In this document: piece by piece, positions 51,590-64,000 of the stretch
Position numbering within the stretch: the stretch's first letter is position 1
Layout: each line of letters opens with the position of its first letter
Origin: Chiloscyllium plagiosum
Lineage: Eukaryota
Direction: 5' to 3'
Assembly: GCF_004010195.1 (NCBI RefSeq)
Contig: NC_057755.1
Location: 2,673,804 to 2,737,803, forward strand
DNA: 64,000 nt
Position numbers and translations under genes: made by a program
Notes under the pieces: model-generated
Database searches by the model: none
What the model saw: the letters and a program-made list of their open reading frames with translations, nothing else
What the model was told of the DNA's origin: nothing

Positions 51590-52420
51590 TCTAAACGCTT
51601 CCTATTGGGATACCTATCCCCATGCCTTTTACATGGTGTAATGTACCCACCTTCCCCACTTCCTCTGGCTGCTTGTTCCATACTCGCACCACTCTCTGTC
51701 TGAAAATCTTGCCCCTCAGTTCTCTTTTCAATCTTTCCCCTCTCACCTTAAAGCTCTGCTCTCTAGTTTTGGACACCCCTATCGTGGGCAAAAAAAAGAC
51801 CTTGGCTCTTCACTCTAAGAATGCCCCCTCATGGTTTTCTATATCTCAGAAACCTCCCCTCAGCCTCTGATGATCCAGGGAAAGTCGACCCCAACCGATT
51901 TAACCTTTCTCCACAGCTCAAACCTTCCAACTCTGGCAAAATTCCTGGAAATCTTTTCTGATCCCTTCAAGTTTCATAACATCTTTCCTGTAACAGGGAG
52001 AACAGAATTGGACATTGCATTCCAAAAGTGGCCTAACCAGTACCCTGTGGAACCTCAACATGACATTCCAACTCCAATGCTCTGATGAATAAAGGAAAGC
52101 ATACTAAATGCCTTCTTCACTATCCTATCTACCTGCAACTCCACTTTCAAGGAGCTATGACTCTGCACTCCAAGATCTGTTTGTTCAGTAACACTCCCGA
52201 GAACTTTCCCATTAAATGCGTAAGTCATGCCTCGATTTTCCTGACAAAGATGGAACCTCTCACATCTCTCTGAATTAAAATTCATCGATCACTCCTCAGC
52301 CCATCGGCCCATCTGATCAAGGTCTATTGTAGTCTCAGGCAACCTTATTAGCTGCCCAGTGCATCACCAATTTTGGTGTCATTTGTAAACGTACTAACCA
52401 TCCCCCCGATGATAACATCC
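51590..52420 (-). mobile_element. CR1-type LINE 3' fragment
   Basis: TDLGVQSHSSLKV, FRQRVVRVWN. Confidence 0.88.
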
Positions 52421-53007
52421 AAGTCTCAAATGTGTTTACGGGAGCAGTGGTGCATCTGCATACATGGACTTATGACATCAATGTTGGCAAGAAAGTTTGA
52501 GAGAACATCTCATGAAGAACACTGTTTGCTGGACCTTGTTCATAGTGACGGATACTGTGAGAGCAATGAGATGTTCGTTATACGATTAGAGAGGGCTGTG
52601 GAAGAAAGCAGCAGGTCAATGGTTTAGCCCAGGGCTCCCCAGTCTGTCCCTGTTCTTCCCCCACCCCCACTGGACCGATTCTTGGAATGCACACAGACAC
52701 AAAGCTGCAGTTTCAAACACAGAGCAGCCACAACACACGGTTACAACATCAACTCACACAAGATCTTTGCACAAATTAACACACGATCTTTGCACAAATT
52801 ACTACAAGTTTGTCCCAGAAATTAACACATGACATTTGAACAAATGAACACAAGCATTACTACACACTAAGACAAACATGTAAAGTCAGCAAGCTTGATG
52901 TCCTTGAAATTTATACAAATGATGATAAATGAATTATGCAAATGAGCACACAATTTAAAATTTCACACAAGACTATTATACAAATGAAGGGGGATACAAT
53001 TTTTACA

Positions 53008-53975
53008 AACACACCGACTCCCACAGCTACCGAGATTACACCTCTTCCCACCCCATCTCCTGCAAAAATGCCATCCCGTATTCCCAATTCCTCCAGCTCC
53101 ACTATATCTGCTCCCAGGAAGACCAGTTCTCCCACAGAACACACCAGATGGCCTCCTTATTTAGAGATCGCAATTTCCCTTCTCTCCAACACATCTCATC
53201 CACATCCCGCAGCTCCACCCTCAAACCCCACCCCTCCAACCATAACAAGGACAGAACCCCTCCTGGTGCTCACCTTCCATCCTCCCAACCTTCGCATAAA
53301 CCACATCGTCCGACGACTTTTCCGCCACCTCCAAACGGACCACACCACCAGGGATATATTCCCCTCCCCACCCATTTCCACTTTCCGCAAAGACCGTTCC
53401 CTCCGTGACTACCTGGTCAGGTCCATACCCCCAAACAACCCACCCTCCCTTCCTGGCACCGTCCCCTGCCACCGCAGAACTTGCAAAGCCTGCACCCTCA
53501 CCTCCATCCAAGGCCCCAAAGGAACCTCCCACATCCATCAAAGTTTTACCTGCACATCCACCAACATCATTTATTGTATCTGTTGCTCCCAATGTGGTCT
53601 CTTCTTCATTGGGGAGACTGGATGCCTCCTAGCAGAACGCTTTAGGGAACATCTCCCGGATACCCGCACCAATCAACCCCACCACCCTGTGGCCCAACAT
53701 TTCAACTCCCCCTCCCACTATGCCGAGGACGTGCAGGCCTCCTCCACCGCCGCTTCCTCACCACCCGACTCATGGAGGAAGAACGCCTCATCTTCCATCT
53801 TGGAACACTTCAACCCGAGGGCATCAATGTGGATTTCACCAGTTTCCTCATTTGCACTTCCCACACCTCACCCCAGCCCCAGCCTTCCCGCTCAGCACCG
53901 CCCTCATCCCCTGTCTTACATGCCTATCTTTCTTTCCACCTATCCAGTCCAGCATCCTCTCTGACCTATCACCTC
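53008..53975 (+). mobile_element. Penelope-like element RT C-terminus and GIY-YIG endonuclease remnant
   Basis: LVLTFHP, PCHRRTCKAC, NIIYCICCSQCGLFFIGETG...RFREH, VAQHFN, EERLIFHLGTLQPEGIN. Confidence 0.9.
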
Positions 53976-54009
53976 TATCCCCACCGAAGAGTCTGCTTTC
54001 GTGCTGTAT

Positions 54010-57000
54010 ATCTCTATGCCTCTATGCATTTTAAACATTGTAACTGTATCTGCATTCATCACTTTCTGTCAGTTCATTCCAACACGCAATCCAATCTCTG
54101 TCCTTTTTAAATCTTTCTCCTGCCACCTTTAAATATGAGCCCCTGTTTTGATATTCCCCCACCTGAGGGAAAAGACCTTGTGATTTACCTTCTCTATGCA
54201 CGTCATGGTTGTATAAACCTCAATGAGGTCATCCCTCCATCTCCAATGTTCCAGTGAGAAATGTCCCCGCCTTTCCAGTCTATTTTTACATCTCAAACCC
54301 TCCATTCCTGGCAACAACTTGGAAAATCTTCACTGAGCCCTCTCCAGTTTAATCCTTCCAGTAACAGGGCAACCAGAATTGCACACATTAATCCAGAAGA
54401 GGCTTCCCCAACACGCTGTAAAACCTCAGTATAACATCCCAAATGCTGTATTCAATGGTCTGAGCAATGAAGGCAAGCATGCTAAATGCCTTCTTAACCA
54501 ACCTGTCTACCTAGAACACACATTTCAAAGAATGATGTACCTGAACCCCAAGGCCTCTCTGTTCTACAGCACTGCCTGGGGCCCTGCCATTAGTCCTATC
54601 CTTGTTTGTTTTACCAAAATGCAATCCCTCACACGTTTCCAAATCAAACTCCACCTGCTACTCTTCAGTCCATTGACTCAATTGATCAAGATCTCTGCAA
54701 TCCAGGTAACATTCTTTACTGACCACTTCACTACCAATTTGGGTATCATCCACAAACTTACTCACAATGCCTTCCATATTCTCATCCAAACCATTTCCAT
54801 AAATGACAAACAAAAGTGGATCCAGTACCGATCCCTGGGATACCGCTGGTCACAGGTATCCCATCAAAAACATATACCTCCACCATCGCTATCTGTTTCC
54901 TGCTATGAAGCCAATGTTGTATCCAATTGGCAAGGTCACCCTGAATCCCATGTGCTCTAATTTTACTTATTTGATTACTATGCAGAGGCTTGTCAAAGGT
55001 TTTGCTGAAGTCCAAGTAAACAATATTTATTGCTCTGCCCACATCGATCTTTTTGGTCACTTCTTAAAAAAAATCGACCAAATTTGTGAGACATGAGTTT
55101 CCTCACACAAATGCTGACTATCCCTACTCAATCCTTGCCCCTCAAAATACATATAATCCCATCTTTCAGAATCATTTCCAATAACTTATCCACTACCAAA
55201 GTCAGACTCACATGGTTATAGTTCCCTGGCTTCTCCGTCCATCTCTTCTTGAACAATGGCACAACATGACCCACCCTCCAGTCCTCTGGTATTTCACCCC
55301 TGTTTATAGATGATACAAATATTACTGCTGGGGGTCCTGCAATTTCCTCCCGAACGTCCTACCTTGTCCTGGGATACACTTGCTCAGGTCCTAGAGATTT
55401 ATCGACCTTCATGTTTTCGAAGACCTCCAGCACTTTCTGTTCTGTTATGTCATCCCTGTTTTCAAAGCATCAATATTTATTTCCCTGAGTTCTCTAGCCT
55501 CCATTTCTTTCTCAACATTAAAAACTGATGCTAAATAGCCATCTCCTGAGGTTCAATACAAAGATAACCTTGTTAATCTTTAAGGGGTCTTGCTCTGAGT
55601 GGAGTTGCTGTCTGGCTCTTAATGTCTTTGTAGAACCTTTTTGGATTATCCTTAACCTTATCTGCCATGACTATCTCATATCACTCTTTGCCTTCCTGAT
55701 TTCTTTGTTAAGAATGCTCCAGTACTCTTTATACCCTTCAAGAGATTCAGTTTGATCCTAATTGTTTGTATCTAACATATGATTCTTTTTTATTCCTGCC
55801 TGGAATTTCAATACCTTTATTCACGCATTGTTCTCTAATCTTACCAGACTTGCCTTTCCCTCTGTCAGGAGCAACATGCTCGGAACTCTCCTTACCACAC
55901 TTTTCTAAATGGCGCCAGATTAGGAAAATTAAAATCCCTTGCTATTACAACACTATTATTCTTGCATACATTTGAGATCTCAACATATTTTCTTCTCAAT
56001 TTCCCTCTGACTACTGGGGGGCCTGTAGTCCAATCTTATCAAGTTGATCATCCCTTTCTTATTTCTCATTTCAAACCATAGATTTTCACTAAGTAGTCCC
56101 TCAGTAATAGCTGCACTAAGGACAGTAGTAATTGAATATCCGTGATTTCATGTGTAAACACCCTAAACTCCTCAGTTAGATTCCAGTCTGTAGTTCACTC
56201 CGCAGTACTGGTTAATCAATTGTGAACCACACTGTACCCCTCAACTATACTGCAATCTGTAACTCACTCCCTGGTACCTGTTACTCTATATATTAATTCC
56301 CCATCACTCTTCCTCAATCAAAACTGCTCCTCTCCCTCCTCTCTTACCTCTCTTTCTGTCCTTCCTATAGCATCTAAAACTCAGAACAGTGATCAGCCTG
56401 TCCTGTCGTTGCCTCAGCCACATTTCTGTAATCGCTCTAACAGGCGGGTTCTATGATGCCATACACACCCTGAGTCCATCAGCTTTATCTATGCAGAAAT
56501 AAATGCAGATTAATTCTTCAGAGTTACTTTGGGGTCTGAATTGCTGTTGTCTAACAGTAGTAATTGAATATCCGTGATTTCATGTGTAAACACCATAAAC
56601 TCCTCAGTTAGATTCCAGTCTGTAGTTCACTCCCCAGTACTGGTTAATCAATTGTGAACCACACTGTACCCCTCAACTATACTGCAATCTGTAACTCACT
56701 CCCTGGTACCTGTTACTCTATATATTAATTCCCCATCACTCTTCCTCAATCAAAACTGCTCCTCTCCCTCCTCTCTTGCCTCTCTTTCTGTCCTTCCTAT
56801 AGCATCTAAAACTCAGAACATTGAGCAGCCTGTCCTGTCCTTGCCTCAGTCACGTTTCTGTCATCGCTTTAACAGGCGATGCCATACACACCCTGAGTCC
56901 ATCAGCCTTATCTGTACAGAAATAAATGCAGTTTAATCCTTCAGAGTTAGTTTGGGGTCTGAATTGCTGTTGTCTACCTTTTCTAAATAACTTGGGTTTT

Positions 57001-57570
57001 TTTCGATTCAAAATCATCCTCATCTTTCTGTCCATTTGCACTGTTACATAGGGAAGCCCCACCCTTCCCCCAAAACAAAGTGTTTACAGCCTCTCGAAAT
57101 AGAACCCAACAGGATATATGTCCCTTCCCAGTTCAGGTGAAACTCTCTCTTTTTGAACAGGCCTTTTCTGTCCCAGAAGAGATCCCGATGATCCTAGGAA
57201 CGGAATCCCTGCACATTGCACCACCTTTTCAGCCATTGATTTATCTGTCCTGTTCTTCCCTCATTTGAAATTGAGACCGGAAGTAAACCAGAAATTACTA
57301 CACGTGATGTTCTGTTTCGTTAACCTTCTATCCAAGCTCTTAGACTCACTCTGCAAAGCCCTAACCCCATTCCCTGACGATGTCATTCCTCCCGATGTTT
57401 TCAACAACTTCCGGCTTCTCACTCTCCCCTTTGAAAATCTGCTTCAAATCTTTTGAGATGTCGTTCACCTTGGCACCAAGAAAGCAACAGACCACACTAG
57501 GGTTCACGTCTACTGCTGCTAAATCCCTTTTCTGTGCCGCTGACAGGACACTCTCCTGTAACACTTGTTC
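54010..57570 (-). mobile_element. Long decayed CR1-type LINE including ORF1 esterase-like end
   Basis: PEVVENIGRNDI (ORF1 esterase-like), GLNCIYF (endonuclease start), YLDFSKTFDK, RDDLIEVY. Internal 432-bp duplication 56122-56976. Confidence 0.8.
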
Positions 57571-57649
57571 TTTTTAATTTAGACAAACCTGTTTAACATG
57601 ATTCATTCTTGGTGCCCAAGATCTGACTCCTACTTCTGCTTGCCTCTGA

Positions 57650-58150
57650 GAGACTTGAATACCCTTGCCAACTTTATACGTGCACCATTGAGAGCTTTCT
57701 GTCTGGATGTATCCAACTGTTCCATTCAGGATCGGAGACGGTTATTGAGAGTTGTGAATTTGGCCCAGACAATCACAAAGGCCAATCTCCTATGTATAGA
57801 ATCCATCTACCAGGTCCGCTGTCAAGGAAAGGCTGCTAGACTTCTCAAAGATTCATCCCACCCTGGAAATGTTTTTCACCATCTCTACTTTCAGGGAGAA
57901 GGTACACATGCATCAGCTGGTTTCGAAGCAGTTTCTACTCTAATGTTTTTAGAATACTGAATGGACTCACAAACTCTGAACATGCGCCTGTCCCTGTGTT
58001 TTTGTTTTTTTGCCGCTGTTTACCTATTATTTACTTATCTATGCTACTTAACTCTGTGATCTACCTGTATAACTCACAAGGCAAAGCTTTTTCACTATAC
58101 CTCAGTACATGTGACAATAAACAAATTCAATTCAAATTCAATTCAATTCA
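57650..58150 (+). mobile_element. Rex1/Babar-type LINE 3' end with (AATTC)n tail
   Basis: DRRRLLRVVNLAQTI...KDSSHPG motif and pentamer tail. Confidence 0.75.
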
Positions 58151-58276
58151 AAATGGAATGTCAGTTTGAGAGAGAAATAGCCACACGAGAACTCTGAACG
58201 ACCTATTATCTTTCCAGACAGACGATTATTTATCTGACTCATCCTGCTGCGTAATCCCTTCTCTAAATCGACTCTG

Positions 58277-58570
58277 ATGTCGGGGAGCTGGTGTTGGACT
58301 GGGTGGACAAGGTTAAAAATTACACAACCCCAGGTTATAGTACAACAGGTTTATTTGGAAGCATTAGCTTTCAGAACGCTGCTCCTTCATCAGGTAGCTG
58401 TGGAGCAGGATGTTTTGCAAAATATTACAATGTAATGCAACCGAAATGATACATTGAACAAACGGAATTGGCTGTTAAATCTTTCATCTTTTAAAGTTAT
58501 TTCAAGAATGTGACTTAGAAGAAGCTCTGGGAGTTACATATTAATGAACCAATACCTGCAATCCATTCTA
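58277..58570 (-). mobile_element. Penelope-like terminal fragment with hammerhead-like motif 58362-58396
   Basis: Minus strand CTGATGAAGGAGCAGCGTTCTGAAAGCTA. Confidence 0.7.
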
Positions 58571-58574
58571 AAAG

Positions 58575-58980
58575 ATACTCATTTCAGTCAGTATCTCACT
58601 TCTGGGCATCTGTTATTCAATATATAAACTTCCTAGATACCTTCGATAAGATTGCAGCCTGGATCTCACTCCTGGGTCGGTTATTCTATAATTTTTGCTC
58701 CATATACCTGTTATTTTATACATAAAACCAATCTCCCAAACTCTCTATTAAATTCCAGCCCATATCTCTCTCCTGAGCATCTGTGATTCCATATGTAAAC
58801 ACCCTAAACTGCTGACTTAGATTCAAGTCTGCCTCTCACTCCCCATATTTGGTTAATCAATTGTGAACAACACTGTCCCCCTTGACTATACTCCTGTCTG
58901 TAACTTAATCCCTGGTACCTGTTACTCTGTATATTAATCCCCAATCCCTCAAATAGATTACAGACTGAAACTCACTCTGC
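58575..58980 (+). repeat. Degenerate ~60-bp tandem repeat (CTCACTCC...CTGTTATTCTATATA), related piece at 56130-56310 and 56562-56742
   Basis: Recurrent core. 58785-58942 aligns with 56142-56303. Confidence 0.7.
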
Positions 58981-58984
58981 GGTT

Positions 58985-61175
58985 TGTTAAAGGGAACTAT
59001 GGAGCTATGAGGGAGGAGCTGGCCAAAGTTCAATGGTGCAATACCTTAGCAGGGATGACAGTGGAGGAACAATGGCGGATATTTCTGTGTACAATGCAGT
59101 AGTTGCAGGATCAGTTCATTCCAAAAAGGAAGAAAGATCCTAGGAGGAGGCATGGGTGGCCGTGGCTGACGAGGGAAGTTAAGAAACATATAAAGTCAAA
59201 AGAGAAAAAGTATAACGTAGGAAAGATAAGTGGGAAAACAGAGGACTGGGAAGCCTTTAAAGAACAACAGAGGAGTACTAAGAAGGAAATACGCAAAGAA
59301 AAAATGAGGTATGAAGGTAAACTGGCCAATAATATAAAGGAGGATAGTAAAAGCTTTTTCAGGTATGTGAAAGGCAAAAAAAATTGGTTAAGACTAAAAT
59401 TGGGCCCTTGAAGACAGAAAGAGGGGAATATATTACGGGGAACAAAGAAATGGCAGAAGAATTGATTTGGTACTTTAGATATGTGTTCACTGGGGAAGAC
59501 ACAAGCAATGTCCCTGAGGTAACAGTGGCTGAAGGACCTGAACTGAAGGGAATTTATATTTGCCAGGAATTGATGTTGAAGAGACTGTTAGGTCTGAAGA
59601 CTGCTAAGTCCCTGGGGCCTGATGGTCTACATCACAGGTTACTGAAGGAGGTGGCTCTAGAAATCGTGGAATGCTTTGGTGATTATTTTCCAGAGTTCGA
59701 CAGATTCAGGATTGGAGGGTGGCTAACGTTATACCACTTTTTACGAAAGATGAGAAAGGAGAGAGGAAACAAGAAATTATAGACCAGTTAGTCTGACCTC
59801 AGTGGTGGGAAAGATGCTGGAGTATATTAAAAAGGATGAAATTACGACACATCTGGATAGTAATAACAGGATAGGTCAGAGTCAGCATGGATTTATGAAG
59901 GGGAAATCATGCTTGACTAATCTTCTGGAATTTTTTGAGGATGTAACTCTGAAGATGGACGAGGGAGATCCAGTAGATGTAGTGTACCTGGACTTTCAGA
60001 AAGCTTTTGATAAAGTCCCACATAGGAGGTTAGTCAGCAAAATGAGGGCGCATGGTATTGGGGACAAAGTACTAACTTGGATTGAAAGTTGGTTGGCTGA
60101 TAGGAAACAAAGAGTAGTGATAAACGGCTCCACTTCAGAATGGCAGGCAGTGACCAGTGGGGTACCGCAGGGATCAGAACTGGGACTGCAGCTTTGTACA
60201 ATATATGTTCATGATATAGAAGATGGTATTAGCAATAACATTAGCAAATTTGCTGATGATACTCAGCTGGGTGGCAGGGTGAAATGTGAGGAGCATGTTA
60301 GGAGATTACAGGGTGACCTGGACAAGTTAGGTGAGTGGTCAGATGCATGGCAGATGCAGTTTAATGTGGATAAATGTATGGTTATCCACTTTGGTGGCAA
60401 GAAAAGGAAGGCAGATTACTGTCGAAATGGAATCAATTTAGGAAAGGGGCAATACAAAGAGATCTGCGTGTTCATGTACACCAGTCAATGAAGGTAAGCA
60501 TGCAGGTACAGCAGGTAGTGAAGAAGGCTAATAGCATGCTGGCCTTCATAACAAGAGGGATTGAGTATAGAAGCAAAGAGGTTCTTCTCAGCTGTACAGG
60601 GCGCTGGTGAGACAACACCTGGAATACTGTGTGCAGTTCTGGTCTCCAAATTTGAGGAAAGACATTCTGGCTATTGAGGGAGTGCAGCGGAAGTTCATGA
60701 GGTCAATTCCTGAAATGGCGGGATTACCTTACCCTGAAAGACTGGAGCGACTGGGCTTGTATATCCTTGAGTTTAGAACACTGAGAGGGGATTTGATTGA
60801 GACATATAAGATTATTAAAGGATTGGACGCTCTGGCGGCAGAAAACATGTTTCCGCTGATGGGTGAGTGCTGAACCAGAAGACACAGCTTCAAAATACGG
60901 GGGAGACCATTTAGGACAGAAATGAGGAGAAACTTCTTCACCCAGAGAGTGGTGGCTGTGTGGAATGCTCTGCCCCTGACGGCAGTGGAGGCCCAGTCTC
61001 TGGATTCATTTAAGAAAGAGTTGGATAGAGCTCTCAAGGATAGGGGAATCAAGGGTTTTGGAGATAAGATAGGAACAGCATACTGATTAAGGATGATCAG
61101 CCATGATCATTTTGAATGATGGTGCAGGCTCGAAGGGCAGAATGGCCTACTCCTGCACCTATTGTCTATTGTCTA
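58985..61175 (+). mobile_element. CR1-type LINE, 5'-truncated, least decayed copy in the window
   Basis: 229-aa open RT segment (QHGF, YLDFQKAFDKVPH, GVPQGS, KFADD) and (CTATTGT)n tail. Confidence 0.95.
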
Positions 61176-61454
61176 CAATGCATAAGCTCACTGAGACCAT
61201 CGATGAGATTCCAGTCCCTAACTCAGTATAAACTAAACAGTTGAATATTACATTGGGAGCAGAAACAAAGAAAGCTCAAATTTAATTTTTACCAGATTCT
61301 GATTCTCCAAAAATATTTGATAAAGTGCAGTGGTTCAAAAAGGCAGCTCCCTGCCACCTTGTCAAGGGCTAATGGGAATGGACCCAGCCAGTGATGCCCA
61401 CATCCCATGAACCAATGAAATTGATCAATCCTTTTGCTTTGTTAATCACTCGCT

Positions 61455-64000
61455 GATGGACGCCGCCGCCATTTTCTGCTCGGATCCGCTGATCCTGCAC
61501 AGAAACATGTGCATCTGTGACCAGTTCAAACAGGTCTCCGGGGCCAGGGTAAACCGAAGCATGAGTGAGGCCATGCTCTTCGAGAAAAAAAGAAGGAACA
61601 TATGTCAGGTATAGACAGGGTAAATCGAGTGAATTCTTAGAAGAGTAAAAAGAAAGTAGGAGTATGCTTAAGAGGGAAATCAGGAGGGCAAAACAGGGAC
61701 ATGAGATAGCTTTGGCAAATAGAATTAAATAGAATCCAAAAGGGTTTTACAAATATATGAAGGACAAAAGGGTAACTAGGGAGAGAATAGGGCCCCCTCA
61801 AAGATCAGCAAGGAGGCCTTTGTGTGGAGCGACAGAAAATGCAGGAGATACTAAATGAATATTTTGCATCAGTATTTACTGTGGAAAAGGATATGGAAGA
61901 TATAGACTGTAGGGAAATAGATGGTGACATCTTGCAAAATGTCCAGATTACAGAGGAGGAAGTGCTCGGTATCTTGAAATGGTTAAAAGTGGATAAATCC
62001 CAGGACCTGATCAGGTGTACCCGAGAAGTCTGTGGGAATCTAGAGAAGTGATTGTTGGGTCTCTTGCTGAGATATTTGAATCATTGATAGTCACAGGTGA
62101 GGTGCTGGAAGACTGGAGGTTGGCAAACGTGATGCCACTGTTTAAGAAGGGCGGTAAAGACAAACTGGGGAATGATAGACCAATGAGCCTGACCTCGGTG
62201 GTGGGCAAGTTGTTGGAGGGAATCCTGAGGGACAGGATGTACATGTATTTGGAAAGGCAAGGACTGATTTGGGATAGTCAACATGGCTTTGTGCGTGGAA
62301 AATCATGTCTCACAAACTTGATTGAGTTTTTTGAAAAAGTAACAAAGAAGATTGATGAGGGCAGAGCAGTAGATGTGATCTATATGTCCCTTGATGTAAA
62401 GATCCCCCATTTAATATTTTATTCCTCAAGAGAGCATTGGTAGCTGAATTGCTTCCAGATCTCCAATAGAATGCAAGGAAAACAGAACAATAGCATGAAT
62501 GGTTCTCTCATTTTCTTCCTCTTAAGGACTTTTCTTAATGGCAGATGGAGTTTAATTCAGATAAATGCGAGGTGCTGTATTTTGGGAAAGCAAATCTTAG
62601 CAGGACTTATACACTTAATGGAAAGGTCCTAGGGATGGTTGCTGAACAAAGAGACCTTGGAGTGCAGGTTCATAGCTTCTTGGAAGTGGAATCGCAGGTA
62701 GATAGGATAGTGAAGAAGGCGTTTGGTATGCTTTCCTTTATTGGTCAGAGTATTGAGTACAGGAGTTGGAAGGTCATGTTGCAGCTGTACAGGACAGTGG
62801 TTAAGCCACTGTTGGAATATTGCGTGCAATTCTGGTCTCCTTCCTATCGGAAAGATGTTGTGAAACTTGAAAGATTTCAGAAAAGATTTACAAGGGTGTT
62901 GCCACGGTTGGAGGATCTGAGCTACCGGGAAAGGCTGGATAGGCTGAGGCTGTTTTCCCTCGAGCGTCGGAGGCTGAGGGGTGACCTTACAGAGTTTTAC
63001 AAAATTATGAGGGGCATGGATAGGACAAATAGACAAAGTCTTTTTCCCTGTGGTCGGGGAGTCCAGAACGAGAGTGCATAGGTTTAGGGTGAGAGAGGAA
63101 AGCTATAGAAGAGACCTAAGTTGCAACCTTTTCACGCAGAGGGTGGTACGTGTATGGAATGAGCTGTCAGAGGATGTGGTGGAGGCTGGTACAATTGCAA
63201 CATTTAAGATGCATTTGGATTGCTATATGAATAGGAAAGGTTTGGAGGGATATTGGCCGGGTGCTGGCAGGTGGGACTAGTTTGGGTTGGGATATCTGGT
63301 TGGCGTGAACAGATTGGACCGAAGGGACTGTTTCCATGCTGTACATCTCTATGACTCTATAACAAGGCCGACCAATTCTCCATCCCCTTCACCATCAGGA
63401 CTGACCACCTGAAGGTGCTGGGTGTTTGATTTGGACGGGCTGGGGTGTGTACCAAGTCTTGGGAGGAGCGTATCAGGAAAGTGAGGCAGAAACTGGGCAG
63501 ATGGGAGCAACGGTCACTCTCCAACGTGGGTGAAAACCTCGTCATCAGGTGTGAGGTACTGTCATTGTTGTTATATGTGGCACAGGCCTGGCCTAGACGT
63601 GTGCCACTGCAGTCACCCGGGCCATCTTCCACTGCATATGGTCCGAAGGGACACCATGTATAAAGATCTGGGCAACGGGGGAAAAAACACCTCCAATGTC
63701 ACCCTCACCCTGATGGTCACCCTTGCATGTGGCTGCATCAAGCTGTGCGTGGATCCCCGGTACGCAAACACGAAGTGTCACTATGTTTTACCTGTCCCCG
63801 GTGTTGCAACGGATGGGCCTGGCCTCGATACCGCAGAACACTCCAAGTAGTTGGACCGTTCCGGATCACCTGTCCTTCGTGGAGAAATTTATGAAGAAAA
63901 GCAGATTTGACCACAAGTCCATCCGGAAGTGGTCAGCACATAGTGTCCTTGAGACCCTTTGGGAAAAGGAGAGGGTGGATCCTATTGAGTGGTTCCCTGA
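61455..64000 (+). mobile_element. Tx1-type LINE ORF2 remnant (61455-61583 and 63361-64000) split by a CR1
   Basis: ICDQFKQVSGARVNRSMSEAMLF before the CR1 continues as IPFTIRTDHLKVLGV...WEERIRKVRQKLGRW after it. Confidence 0.8.
61585..63360 (+). mobile_element. CR1-type LINE fragment with central part replaced by 62386-62537
   Basis: EDWRLANVMPLFKKG, SQHGFVRGKSCLTNL, LEYCVQFWSP, CTATGACTCTAT tail. Confidence 0.9.

Noticed and set aside
52936..53964. 342-aa ORF as a novel host gene
   Set aside because: It is a frame-shifted Penelope GIY-YIG remnant read in from low-complexity flank; only the middle is in the native frame.
59802..60491. Active reverse transcriptase
   Set aside because: It belongs to a 5'-truncated CR1 with frameshifts on both sides and no endonuclease.

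Overview
Eukaryotic, repeat-dense vertebrate DNA. The repeat families (CR1-type LINEs, tRNA-headed SINEs, Penelope-like elements, Tx1 and SCAN-Gypsy remnants) and the GPR139-like receptor family suggest a cartilaginous fish (inference). I see no intact protein-coding gene. The first ~19 kb is an old inverted segmental duplication (~14% divergent in one hand-counted window). Each arm carries a 25-bp GGGG/TAACCCC minisatellite fused to a decayed class I (gamma/epsilon-like) endogenous retrovirus (RNase H-integrase-env-PPT-partial 3' LTR). The most unusual signal is in env. About 30 residues after the signal peptide, both copies encode a calcium-binding-EGF-like motif ([21 protein letters not shown]9-C), a possible captured host module. 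A 107-bp tract at the env tail is identical between the arms. The rest is nested LINE/SINE/PLE/LTR debris, with several Penelope-type minimal hammerhead ribozyme motifs and a GPR139-like GPCR pseudogene inside a young ~4.5-kb tandem duplication. Three assembly gaps are present. Repeat boundaries are approximate and family names come from motif recognition, not database searches.
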